From positions 25,336-89,335 of the forward strand of contig DATJBS010000012.1 of assembly GCA_035515235.1 (NCBI GenBank): DNA of 64,000 nucleotides. The letters are read 5' to 3'. Under the pieces are notes generated by a model, which ran no database searches, was not told the DNA's origin, and worked only from the letters and a program-made list of their open reading frames with translations. The DNA is from Chitinophagales bacterium (lineage in GTDB: Bacteria > Bacteroidota > Bacteroidia > Chitinophagales > JADIYW01). Position 1 is the stretch's first letter, and each line of letters starts with the position of its first letter. Shown here piece after piece: positions 8,914 through 18,192 of the stretch. A program made the position numbers and the translations under genes.

Positions 8914-10359
8914 ATGAGTGATCAAAACCAAATACTTGAAGACTTAACTTCGTCTGATTACAAATATGGTTTTGTAACAGATATTGAGCAAGAGTTTGCT
9001 CCCAAAGGGTTGACTGAAGATATTATAAGATTTATATCTGCTAAAAAAGAAGAACCTGAATGGATGCTGGAATGGAGACTGAAAGCATTTAAAGAATGGC
9101 TGAAGATGCCAGAGCCTCAATGGTCCAATGTAACATTTCCAAAAATCGATTTCCAAGACATCATATATTACGCTGCTCCTGTTCAAAAAATAGAACTTAA
9201 TAGCTTGGATGAAGTAGATCCTGAAATATTGAAAACTCTACAAAAACTAGGAATTTCAATAGATGAGCAAAAGAGATTAACTGGCGTAGCGATGGATATT
9301 GTCATGGACAGTGTTTCCGTAAAAACTACCTTCCAAACTTCATTAAAAGAAAAAGGAATTATTTTCTGCTCTATTAGTGATGCGATTAAAGATCATCCAG
9401 ATTTAGTGAAAAAATATATGGGTTCTGTAGTGCCTGTAAAAGATAATTACTATGCCGCTCTGAATAGCGCAGTTTTTAGTGATGGTTCATTTTGCTATAT
9501 CCCAAAAGGTGTAAGATGTCCAATGGAACTTTCTACTTACTTTAGAATTAATGCTGCAGGAACTGGACAATTCGAGAGAACCTTATTAATAGCTGATGAT
9601 GATAGTTATGTAAGTTATTTAGAAGGATGTACCGCTCCTATGAGAGATGAGAATCAATTACATGCTGCAGTAGTAGAATTAGTAGCGATGGATCGTGCAG
9701 AGATTAAATACTCAACTGTCCAAAACTGGTATCCTGGAAATAAAGAAGGAGTTGGTGGTGTTTATAATTTTGTGACTAAGAGAGGATTCTGCAAAGGAGA
9801 CTCTTCTAAAATTAGCTGGACTCAAGTAGAAACAGGCTCAGCAATTACTTGGAAATATCCTAGCTGTATTTTAGCGGGTGACAATTCTATTGGTGAGTTT
9901 TATTCTGTAGCTGTCACGAATAATTTCCAACAAGCAGATACTGGTACTAAGATGATTCATATCGGAAAGAATACAAAAAGCCGAATTGTTTCTAAAGGAA
10001 TTAGTGCAGGAAAAAGTCAAAATAACTATAGAGGTCTAGTTAAAGTTCACAAAAAAGCAGACAATGCTAGAAACTTTTCACAGTGTGACTCCTTATTAAT
10101 GGGAGACAAATGTGGAGCGCATACTTTCCCTTATTTGGAAGTCAATAATAGATCTGCACAAGTAGAACACGAAGCCACAACTTCAAAAATTAGCGAAGAC
10201 ATCTTATTCTATTGCAAACAAAGAGGAATAGAAGAAGAACAAGCCGTAGCAATGATTGTCAATGGATTCTGTAAAGAAGTCATGGATAATTTACCAATGG
10301 AATTCGCAGTAGAAGCAAGAAAATTATTAGCTATCAGTTTAGAAGGTAGCGTAGGGTAA
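8914..10359 (+). CDS. sufB: Fe-S cluster assembly protein SufB
   Basis: 481 aa. Typical SufB blocks (YGF...[55 protein letters not shown]) and first position in the suf cluster. Confidence 0.95.
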   Translation: MSDQNQILEDLTSSDYKYGFVTDIEQEFAPKGLTEDIIRFISAKKEEPEWMLEWRLKAFKEWLKMPEPQWSNVTFPKIDFQDIIYYAAPVQKIELNSLDEVDPEILKTLQKLGISIDEQKRLTGVAMDIVMDSVSVKTTFQTSLKEKGIIFCSISDAIKDHPDLVKKYMGSVVPVKDNYYAALNSAVFSDGSFCYIPKGVRCPMELSTYFRINAAGTGQFERTLLIADDDSYVSYLEGCTAPMRDENQLHAAVVELVAMDRAEIKYSTVQNWYPGNKEGVGGVYNFVTKRGFCKGDSSKISWTQVETGSAITWKYPSCILAGDNSIGEFYSVAVTNNFQQADTGTKMIHIGKNTKSRIVSKGISAGKSQNNYRGLVKVHKKADNARNFSQCDSLLMGDKCGAHTFPYLEVNNRSAQVEHEATTSKISEDILFYCKQRGIEEEQAVAMIVNGFCKEVMDNLPMEFAVEARKLLAISLEGSVG

Positions 10360-10386
10360 TTCATAAAAATAACAACAAGAAACAAA

Positions 10387-11142
10387 ATGATACAAATCAA
10401 TAATTTACATGTCAGCATTGAGGGCAAGGAGATTTTAAAAGGCCTTAATTTGACCATCAATAAAGGTGAAGTTCATGCTATCATGGGTCCTAATGGCACA
10501 GGAAAAAGTACTTTAGGAAATGTTTTATCAGGAAAAGATGGATATACCATTTCTGAAGGAACTGTCTTATTTGAAGGCATCGATTTATTAGAATTAGAAC
10601 CAGAAGAAAGAGCTCAAATGGGTTTATTTCTTGCATTCCAATATCCAGTAGAAATACCTGGAGTAAGTAATGCCAACTTCCTGAAGGCATCTATCAATGA
10701 AATCAGAAAATCTAAAGACCTCGCTCCTATCTCTGCAACAGATTTCTTAAAACTGATGAGAGAGAAAATGGAATTGGTAGAAATGAAGAAAGACTTCATC
10801 AGCCGTTCTGTGAATGTTGGTTTTTCAGGAGGAGAAAAGAAAAGAAACGAGATCCTTCAAATGGCCATGCTAGATCCTAAATTGGCGATTTTGGACGAAA
10901 CGGATTCAGGTTTGGATATTGATGCATTGAGAATTGTAGCTAACGGTGTCAATAAATTAAGAACAGAAGAAAATGCTTTTATCATCATTACACACTACCA
11001 AAGATTATTGGATCATATCGTTCCAGATTTCGTTCATGTAATGTATGATGGAAAGATTGTCAAATCAGGTGATAAATCTTTAGCATTAGAATTAGAAGAG
11101 AAAGGGTACGATTGGATTAAAGATGAGGTTGAAGCAGTATAA
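10387..11142 (+). CDS. sufC: Fe-S cluster assembly ATPase SufC
   Basis: 251 aa. Walker [13 protein letters not shown] signature [10 protein letters not shown], Walker [13 protein letters not shown]. Confidence 0.95.
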   Translation: MIQINNLHVSIEGKEILKGLNLTINKGEVHAIMGPNGTGKSTLGNVLSGKDGYTISEGTVLFEGIDLLELEPEERAQMGLFLAFQYPVEIPGVSNANFLKASINEIRKSKDLAPISATDFLKLMREKMELVEMKKDFISRSVNVGFSGGEKKRNEILQMAMLDPKLAILDETDSGLDIDALRIVANGVNKLRTEENAFIIITHYQRLLDHIVPDFVHVMYDGKIVKSGDKSLALELEEKGYDWIKDEVEAV

Positions 11143-11174
11143 ATTACTTTTCAGCTTTAGTATCAAACTAAATT

Positions 11175-12479
11175 ATGACGACAATTATTGAAACATCTAT
11201 ATATAGCCAAACTTTAGACGAACTTTTGGAAACCCAACAACTTCCTGAAGAAATCGTCCAAAAGAAAATTTCGGCTATTCAAAAGTTTGAAGAATTAGGT
11301 CTTCCTTCTATGAAACATGAAGAATGGAAATATACCTACTTGGCCAAAGTTTTCAAAAAAGGCTTTACTCCAGGAATTCAAACAAATAATAACAACAACT
11401 ACTCAGAAAGAATTAAAGAATATCTTCCTGCTATTTCCTCTGATAAAAACAGATTAGTTATTGTAGATGGTATTTTTTCTAAGGAGTTTTCTCAAATCAA
11501 TACTTCTACAGAGTATCATATCTCTTCATTAGCTGATGCTTGGGAAAACAATATTCAAACTGCAACTGAATTATTCACTTCTATCACCAAGCAGCAAGAC
11601 CGAGCGCTCACAGCACTCAACTCTGCACTTTGTCAAGATGGAGTATTTATAGAAGTAGCTGACGAATGCACTGCACAAATTGAACTTTTATTGATTCATA
11701 CAGGACAGATGCAAATGTCTATGCCTAGAATTTTAATTCAAATTGGTGTAAATGGATATCTAAGTATTGCTGAACAAGTGATTTTATTAGAAAACTCTAG
11801 CTTCTCTAATGTTGTTTCTGAAATAAAAACAGCAGAAGGCGCAATGATAGAATGGGTGAAAATCCAAGATCCCGGAGCTAATATGTATCATTTTGACAGC
11901 TGCTATGTTCAACAAGCTACTAAGAGTAACTACCATTGTACTACAGTTTCTTTATCTGGAGAACTTATTAGAAATAATCAATTCATTGAAATTCAGGGCG
12001 AAAATGCTCATGCGGATTTAGGTGGAATTTCTATTTTAGACAATAAAGAACAAACGGACAATTTGATCATCATCAGACACTCCGCTCCTAATACTACTTC
12101 TAATCAATTGTATAAAAACATTTTGAATGGAGAAAGTACAGGTGTATTTAACGGTAAGATTGTGGTAGATCAAATCGCACAAAAAACCAATGCTTTTCAG
12201 TCCAACAAAAATATTTTGCTTTCAGATGATGCTGCAGCATTTTTCAGACCACAGTTAGAAATTTTTGCAGATGATGTCAAATGTAGCCATGGTGCCACTT
12301 CTTATCAAATAGAAGATCACGAATTATTTTATTTGAGAAGTAGAGGAATTAGCAAAGAATTATCAAGATCTCTATTGATGTATGCTTTTGCTGCAGACGT
12401 AGTAGAAGAAATCGAAGATACATTACTAAGAGAAGGAGTAAAATCCAAAATCGCTTCCAAACTTAAAATTGAATTTTAA
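11175..12479 (+). CDS. sufD: Fe-S cluster assembly protein SufD
   Basis: 434 aa. C-terminal SufB/D beta-helix blocks (LEIFADDVKCSHGATS, LFYLRSRGI) and position after sufC. Confidence 0.9.
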   Translation: MTTIIETSIYSQTLDELLETQQLPEEIVQKKISAIQKFEELGLPSMKHEEWKYTYLAKVFKKGFTPGIQTNNNNNYSERIKEYLPAISSDKNRLVIVDGIFSKEFSQINTSTEYHISSLADAWENNIQTATELFTSITKQQDRALTALNSALCQDGVFIEVADECTAQIELLLIHTGQMQMSMPRILIQIGVNGYLSIAEQVILLENSSFSNVVSEIKTAEGAMIEWVKIQDPGANMYHFDSCYVQQATKSNYHCTTVSLSGELIRNNQFIEIQGENAHADLGGISILDNKEQTDNLIIIRHSAPNTTSNQLYKNILNGESTGVFNGKIVVDQIAQKTNAFQSNKNILLSDDAAAFFRPQLEIFADDVKCSHGATSYQIEDHELFYLRSRGISKELSRSLLMYAFAADVVEEIEDTLLREGVKSKIASKLKIEF

Positions 12480-13720
12480 TGACTTATACCAATATTACCA
12501 AGGAATGGGATGTACAAAAAATCAGAGCGGAGTTTCCCATTCTGAAGACTTTCGTGCACAACAAACCATTGGTTTATTTGGACAATGCAGCTTCTACCCA
12601 AAAACCTCAATGTGTATTAGATACAGAATTCAATTATTACGCTACTCAGTACTCCAATATTCATAGAGGAGTTCATCATTTGAGTCAAATCGGTACAGAC
12701 TTATATGAAGAGGTAAGAAAAACAGTTCAGCACTTCATAAATGCGGCTACTGAAAAAGAAATTATCTTTACAAAAGGTACGACTTACGGTATTAATCTAC
12801 TCGCTTATTCTTGGTCAACAGCCTTTTTAAAAGCAGGAGATGAAATTCTTATCACAGGTTTAGAACACCATTCTAATATCGTTCCATGGCAAATGGCGTG
12901 TGAAAGACATGGTGCAACTCTGAAAGTAGTTCCAATACAAGAAAACGGAACTGTTCTGATAGAAGATTTCAAAAAAATGATTTCTTCTAAAACAAAATTG
13001 GTAGCTTTTACTTATGTTTCTAATGCTTTAGGCACTATTAACCCGGTTAAAGAAATTATTGAATTAGCTCATCAAGCAGGTGCTCATGTTTTAGTGGATG
13101 CCGCTCAAGCTATTCAACATATTGCCATAGATGTACAAGAATTAGATTGTGATTTCCTTGTTTTCTCCGGTCACAAAATTTATGGTCCAACTGGTACAGG
13201 AATTTTATACGGAAAAGAACATTTATTAAATGCTATTCCACCATTTGAAGGCGGTGGTGATATGATCAAAGAAGTAAAGTTTGAGAAAACTACTTATAAT
13301 GATTTACCATTCAAATTTGAAGCAGGAACTCCCAATATTGCAGGAATTATAGCTTTCGGTACTGCTATCAAATATGTACAAGATTTAGGATTAGACAAAA
13401 TCTATGCATACGAAGAAGAATTATTACAATATGCTACAGAACAAGTCGGTCAAATTGAAGGCATCAGACTTATAGGCACTTCAGAACATAAAGCAAGTGT
13501 TTTATCCTTTATGATAGATGGAGCACATCCTTATGATGTTGGTGTTATTTTAGACAATATGGGCATTGCTATTCGTACTGGACATCATTGCACTCAACCT
13601 ATCATGGATTATTATTGCATTCCGGGTACTTGTAGAGCATCTTTCGCTATCTACAATACTAAAGAAGAAATCGACCTATTGGTACAAGGAATATTGAAGG
13701 CAAAAAAAATGTTGCTCTAA
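12479..13720 (+). CDS. sufS: Cysteine desulfurase SufS (group II)
   Basis: 413 aa. PLP-Lys FSGHKIYGPTG and catalytic loop RTGHHCTQP. The start overlaps the sufD stop by 1 nt. Confidence 0.9.
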   Translation: MTYTNITKEWDVQKIRAEFPILKTFVHNKPLVYLDNAASTQKPQCVLDTEFNYYATQYSNIHRGVHHLSQIGTDLYEEVRKTVQHFINAATEKEIIFTKGTTYGINLLAYSWSTAFLKAGDEILITGLEHHSNIVPWQMACERHGATLKVVPIQENGTVLIEDFKKMISSKTKLVAFTYVSNALGTINPVKEIIELAHQAGAHVLVDAAQAIQHIAIDVQELDCDFLVFSGHKIYGPTGTGILYGKEHLLNAIPPFEGGGDMIKEVKFEKTTYNDLPFKFEAGTPNIAGIIAFGTAIKYVQDLGLDKIYAYEEELLQYATEQVGQIEGIRLIGTSEHKASVLSFMIDGAHPYDVGVILDNMGIAIRTGHHCTQPIMDYYCIPGTCRASFAIYNTKEEIDLLVQGILKAKKMLL

Positions 13721-13773
13721 ATTAAATTAAGATTCTAAAACACATCCAACTATATACAGAAAAAACTCCGAGA

Positions 13774-14193
13774 ATGGCTACAATTAATGAAATACAAGAC
13801 GAAATCGTAGAGGACTTTTCAATGTTTGAAGATTGGAATGACAAGTATGAATATCTCATTGATTATGGGAAATCATTACCATTAATCGACGAAAAATACA
13901 AAACTGACGAATACCGTATTCATGGTTGCCAATCTAGAGTCTGGTTATACGCAGAAGTAAAAAATGATATCCTTTATTTTTATGCAGACAGTGATGCAAT
14001 TATCACCAAGGGTATTGTAGGCTTACTGCTGAAAGTACTTTCTGGACATACACCTCAGGAAGTGAACGATGCAGATTTGTACTTTTTGAGAAAAATCGGA
14101 TTACAAGAACATCTGTCTCCAACAAGAGCAAATGGACTGGTGTCTATGATCAAACAAATAAAAACATATGCTCTTGCATATAATATAGCTTAA
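13774..14193 (+). CDS. sufE: SufE-like sulfur acceptor
   Basis: 139 aa. Conserved IHGCQSRVWL cysteine motif of SufE/CsdE. Confidence 0.85.
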   Translation: MATINEIQDEIVEDFSMFEDWNDKYEYLIDYGKSLPLIDEKYKTDEYRIHGCQSRVWLYAEVKNDILYFYADSDAIITKGIVGLLLKVLSGHTPQEVNDADLYFLRKIGLQEHLSPTRANGLVSMIKQIKTYALAYNIA

Positions 14194-14237
14194 ACGCTTT
14201 TCATCAAACCAAATAAAAACGGACTTTGAGAAATTTT

Positions 14238-14540
14238 ATGGAAATTAAAGACGAAGCGATCACAGTAATACAAGATATTTATGATCCTGAAATCCCAGTG
14301 AATATTTACGACTTGGGACTAATATATGAAGTCAATGTAGACCCGTCCAATAATATTCATGTATTGATGACTTTGACCTCCCCTTCGTGTCCAGTAGCTG
14401 AAAGCTTACCAGGCGAAGTCAAAACAAAATTAAAAGAAATAGACGGTGCCAATGAAGTTGAGGTAGAACTTACATTTGATCCACCTTGGACGACAGAATT
14501 AATGACAGAAGCAGCTAAGCTGGAGCTTGGTATGCTATAA
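14238..14540 (+). CDS. DUF59 / SufT-like Fe-S assembly protein
   Basis: Contains DPEIPVNIYDLGLIY and LTSPSCP blocks. ATG at 14238 preferred over the in-frame TTG at 14226 used by the track. Confidence 0.8.
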   Translation: MEIKDEAITVIQDIYDPEIPVNIYDLGLIYEVNVDPSNNIHVLMTLTSPSCPVAESLPGEVKTKLKEIDGANEVEVELTFDPPWTTELMTEAAKLELGML

Positions 14541-14566
14541 ATTATACACTTTAAAATTATTACATT

Positions 14567-14980
14567 ATGTATCCAGAGAATATGACAAGGCCGATGGTTC
14601 AAGAGCTTGAAAATGCTGGTTTTGAATCCCTTAAATCTGCTCAAGAAGTTGCAGATATTTTAGACAAAAAAGAAGGTACTGCATTCGTTGTAATCAATTC
14701 AGTATGCGGTTGTGCTGCTGCTAATGCTCGTCCTGCTGCTATCATGGCTGCAAAAAGCGAAAAACATCCTGATCATTTGATTACTGTTTTTGCTGGAGTA
14801 GATAGAGATGCAGTAGAAAAAGCAAGATCTTATACTTTCCCTTTCCCTCCTTCTTCTCCATCTATGGCAATTTTCAAAGACGGAAAATTAGTTCACATGA
14901 TTGAAAGACATCAAATAGAAGGAAAACCCGCACAACTTATAGCTAATAGTTTGATTGCAGCATTCGAAGAGTACTGCTAA
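14567..14980 (+). CDS. Bacilliredoxin (BrxA/BrxB, DUF1094 family)
   Basis: 137 aa with the CGC active-site block [16 protein letters not shown]. Confidence 0.8.
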   Translation: MYPENMTRPMVQELENAGFESLKSAQEVADILDKKEGTAFVVINSVCGCAAANARPAAIMAAKSEKHPDHLITVFAGVDRDAVEKARSYTFPFPPSSPSMAIFKDGKLVHMIERHQIEGKPAQLIANSLIAAFEEYC

Positions 14981-15121
14981 AAATTAAAACCTAATCAAAT
15001 TAAGGCTATTCAATATTTTGGATAGCCTTTTTTGTAACAACGATATCCATCCTAATCGACAGCAAACATTTCGTCTGATTAAAGCAGATGGTTCTTCTAA
15101 GATGAAGTAAAATATAATGCA

Positions 15122-16033
15122 ATGAATATTGAAATCGAACACATTTTAACAGGACATGCAGATGCCATTTATTCTTTATGCGCAGGTCATGAAAATCATC
15201 TTTTCTATAGTGGAAGTGCGGATAAATTTGTAGGATGTTGGGATGATACAACTGGTCTATTCTTACATCCACTAGCCAAAACTATTGGTAGTATTTATTC
15301 TTTATATCACGATGCTGAGCGCCAAATATTATATGTAGGAGAAAGAAAAGGAATTGTTCTTCTCATAGACCTTACAAAAGAGCATCCTCCGAAAGCTATT
15401 CAAGCGCATGAAGGCGATGTATTTTCTCTTATCGAAGATCAAAAAAAGCAAATCATCACAGGTGGTGGCGACGGATATTTAAAAGTTTGGACTAAAGATC
15501 TACAACTCATCAAAGCAGTTCATTTATCCAATAAAAATATTCGTAGTATTCGATTATCTGCTGCTACAAATGAAATCCTCGTCGGACTTTCTGACCATAC
15601 GATTCGAGTATTAGACGCAGATACATTTGACACAAAACAGGTCCTAGAAAATCATAAGAATTCAATATTTACAATAGAAATTTTAGAGGACAACAGATTT
15701 GTTAGTGCTGGAAGAGATGCAGTATTTATTGTATGGCAAAGAGAAAATGAGCAATGGATTCACTCTGAAACGATATCAGCACATCTATATACGGTCAATC
15801 ATTTAACACTTTCTCCAAATAAAAAACTATTAGCAAGTGGTAGCAGAGACAAAACCATTAAAATTTGGGATGCAAAAAGTCTCCAATTGTTAAAAGTTTT
15901 AGATCGAGATAAATTTCCTGAAAATCACTCTCATTCTGTCAATAGATTATTGTGGTTGAATGATGAAGTTTTAATTAGTACAGGTGACGATAAAAAGATC
16001 ATCTCCTGGAAATTGATTCAAGATTCAAAATAA
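15122..16033 (+). CDS. WD40-repeat protein
   Basis: 303 aa with reiterated WD-like units (GSADKFVGCWD, GGGDGYLKVW, LSDHTIRVLD, GSRDKTIKIWD, TGDDKKIISW). Confidence 0.8.
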   Translation: MNIEIEHILTGHADAIYSLCAGHENHLFYSGSADKFVGCWDDTTGLFLHPLAKTIGSIYSLYHDAERQILYVGERKGIVLLIDLTKEHPPKAIQAHEGDVFSLIEDQKKQIITGGGDGYLKVWTKDLQLIKAVHLSNKNIRSIRLSAATNEILVGLSDHTIRVLDADTFDTKQVLENHKNSIFTIEILEDNRFVSAGRDAVFIVWQRENEQWIHSETISAHLYTVNHLTLSPNKKLLASGSRDKTIKIWDAKSLQLLKVLDRDKFPENHSHSVNRLLWLNDEVLISTGDDKKIISWKLIQDSK

Positions 16034-16125
16034 TGCAATAAAATCTCAGCAGGAACTTTAAGACCTTCATTACTTGTTATTCAAGCAATAAATCCTTTAA
16101 TTTACTAAACATAAAATTTTACTTC

Positions 16126-16677
16126 TTGAGTTATTTATATATAGCAGGAATCGTTGCATACTACTTGTACAAAGCTTATGCGAATAATAAAAAGAAACAG
16201 CAAGAAAATGCTGAATCCATTCCGTCTGCTCAACAACCAACGAAAAAGAAAAAAGGATTTTTTGATGAATTTTTAGAAGAGCTAGAAAAACATAATCAAG
16301 CTCCAGAACAAACTAGCCCAAAAGAAGAAACTGTAGTAGTTAAAACTCCAATGAGAACAGCTCCAAGAGAAGAGACTGTGGTCAGATCTCCTACAAGAAA
16401 TGTTCAAAAAGAAGAGCCTGCAATCAATAAAATACCTAGAAAACTTACCCAAGCTAAGAAGTCAGCTTCTCCTATTTTTTCTGAAGAAATTGCCAAACCT
16501 ATCAATAAATATTTTGACATTCCTCCTTCTGAAATCGATGCAGAAATTGGAAATACAGATATTGAGTCCATTTTACAAGAAAGCGATCAGCCTAAAAGCA
16601 GAAAAAGATTTGCAGGGATGGATATTACTCCTAAACAAGCGTTGAAGTCTCAGATTATTCTGGAGAAAAAATTTTAA
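16126..16677 (+). CDS. Hypothetical membrane-anchored K/E/P-rich protein
   Basis: 183-aa ORF with a TTG start. N-terminal hydrophobic anchor, then a low-complexity region with an internal EETVV repeat. No recognisable family. Confidence 0.45.
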   Translation: MSYLYIAGIVAYYLYKAYANNKKKQQENAESIPSAQQPTKKKKGFFDEFLEELEKHNQAPEQTSPKEETVVVKTPMRTAPREETVVRSPTRNVQKEEPAINKIPRKLTQAKKSASPIFSEEIAKPINKYFDIPPSEIDAEIGNTDIESILQESDQPKSRKRFAGMDITPKQALKSQIILEKKF

Positions 16678-16857
16678 AAGTTTTGGCTTTAAGAATTATG
16701 TCATCCTGAATTCAGCGATAGCGGAATGACTGATCTCTAAAACTCAATGCTTCGGATACAACAAGAGCAGTTCAACAAGCTCTCTGAGAACCTAAGTGTC
16801 AGAGATTCTTCCTTCGTCAGAATGACATTTAGTTTCAACCGAATAAATGCTATTATA

Positions 16858-17259
16858 TTAAATCGATGGAACCAATTCTGTTTTTATTAAAACAGTAGCA
16901 CTCAACATTTTATGAATAGGGCAAGCATTGGCTACAGAAGTCAACCTTTTTAATATAGCTTCGTCATACTCTCCTTCAATTGTAATTTTCCTATCAAAAG
17001 TAGTCGTCTGATCTTCTTTATTATATTCTAAATTAATTTCTACATGTATGTCGTTAATAGCTATTTTCTTATGATTGATATACATTCTCAAAGTGATAGC
17101 AGTACAAGCCGCTAATGCGCTTGCAAGCAAATCATCTGGTGTAGGTCCTTCATTTTTTCCACCTACTGCAATCGGTTCATCGGCAAGAATTTGATGAGAT
17201 GAAGTTGTAATTTTAGCTTGAAGATTATCTTTCGTATTAATTGCTTTTACTAATGTCAT
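16858..17259 (-). CDS. OsmC family peroxiredoxin-like protein
   Basis: 133 aa with the two conserved Cys blocks ALAACTAITLRMY and ANACPIHKML. Confidence 0.85.
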   Translation of the reverse strand: MTLVKAINTKDNLQAKITTSSHQILADEPIAVGGKNEGPTPDDLLASALAACTAITLRMYINHKKIAINDIHVEINLEYNKEDQTTTFDRKITIEGEYDEAILKRLTSVANACPIHKMLSATVLIKTELVPSI

Positions 17260-17344
17260 GATGATATTTTTAGTTTTTCAAGTATAGTGATAATCTAAGC
17301 AATAGTCAATTATTGGAGGGGTTCTTTCAAGATAACTTTTGCTA

Positions 17345-17586
17345 CAAATTAAAAATGCCCGTCATTGACGAGCATTCATAAAATCTTAAAAAGGTAAAAA
17401 CTTATTTTCCTAAATTATCGATATCCATTTCTATAATAGGATATCCTAATTTTTTCAATGGTTCAAGGACTGTTGCCTTATCTCCTACTACTATGATATA
17501 CATCTGAGAAGGATGGATATAGGAATTATCGATTTGATCTACATCAATTTTAGTCGGTTTATTTAAAATGCTTAACTGTTGATTGA
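17345..17586. repeat. Left 242-bp direct repeat (displaced copy of the M16 peptidase 3' end plus terminator)
   Basis: Colinear with 33379..33620 at a constant 16,034-bp offset. The first ~39 bp, including the hairpin, are identical. Substitutions are scattered through the coding part. Confidence 0.9.
17351..17376 (-). terminator. Rho-independent terminator (duplicate copy), likely ending the island operon
   Basis: Minus strand reads aatgctcgtcaatgacgggcattttt: a ~9-bp stem with one mismatch followed by a T-run. Identical to the copy at 33385..33410. Confidence 0.65.
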
Positions 17587-17656
17587 TTTCAGATAATCTA
17601 AAACTTTGTTTTTTTTCTTCTTTGCTCGTTAAATATTTTATTGAATTTTCAGACAT
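17402..17656 (-). pseudogene. Remnant of the M16 peptidase C-terminus (84-aa ORF)
   Basis: ...LSILNKPTKIDVDQIDNSYIHPSQMYIIVVGDKATVLEPLKKLGYPIIEMDIDNLGK mirrors the last ~60 aa of the 33436..36294 protein. The N-terminal 25 aa are unrelated. Confidence 0.8.
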
Positions 17657-17666
17657 TTTTTGATAT

Positions 17667-18191
17667 TTATACTTTTTCCGTTTCTAAAATCATATTCAAA
17701 AATGATGTTGGTTGAAGGAAGTAGTTTGGGTTTTCTTCCAGTTTTTCCTTTATCAGAATTAGTCCTCCGTTGGTGTAAGATTCCATTGTTTTAATCAACA
17801 ATTTTACCGCATCATCTTCATCCAATTCTCCTTTTTCAAGTGCTACTAGGTCAATGTCTGTTTTTGCTATAAGTGCAATAAATATATTTTCTTGTAAATT
17901 GGTAAAGTCCTTACGATCCAATCTATTTGACTTACTACCCCAAAATTGAATTGCGTGACTAAAATCAACCTTTTTTGAGTTTTCTGGTATCGGACTAAAT
18001 TCTTTATTAAACAGTCCAAGAAAGAAAGCATAAATATACAACTCGTAGTTATTGGCAAACTGCTTTCCTCTATCTTCTTTAGATTGTTCAGAGCCACCAC
18101 CTTTACGGGTCAATTTATCAAACAAAATTTCTCTAAAAGCTATGTCATATTTTGGGATTTTCTCCTTCCATTTTTCAAATAAATTCTTCAT
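17667..18191 (-). CDS. Hypothetical 174-aa, apparently alpha-helical protein (last gene of the island operon)
   Basis: ORF starts 1 nt after the stop of the SMC-like ATPase gene. No motif recognised. May correspond to a dnd/ssp-associated small protein, but I cannot verify that. Confidence 0.6.
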   Translation of the reverse strand: MKNLFEKWKEKIPKYDIAFREILFDKLTRKGGGSEQSKEDRGKQFANNYELYIYAFFLGLFNKEFSPIPENSKKVDFSHAIQFWGSKSNRLDRKDFTNLQENIFIALIAKTDIDLVALEKGELDEDDAVKLLIKTMESYTNGGLILIKEKLEENPNYFLQPTSFLNMILETEKV

Positions 18192-18192
18192 C

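Noticed and set aside
14567-14980. 'Brx' protein as part of a BREX defence system.
   Set aside because: This is the bacilliredoxin (DUF1094, CGC motif) family, and the shared name is a coincidence. It belongs with the suf cluster, 2.7 kb outside the island.
17402-17656. 84-aa ORF as an independent functional gene.
   Set aside because: Its C-terminal ~60 aa are a diverged copy of the M16 peptidase C-terminus, and it lies inside the left direct repeat. It is best explained as a displaced gene fragment.
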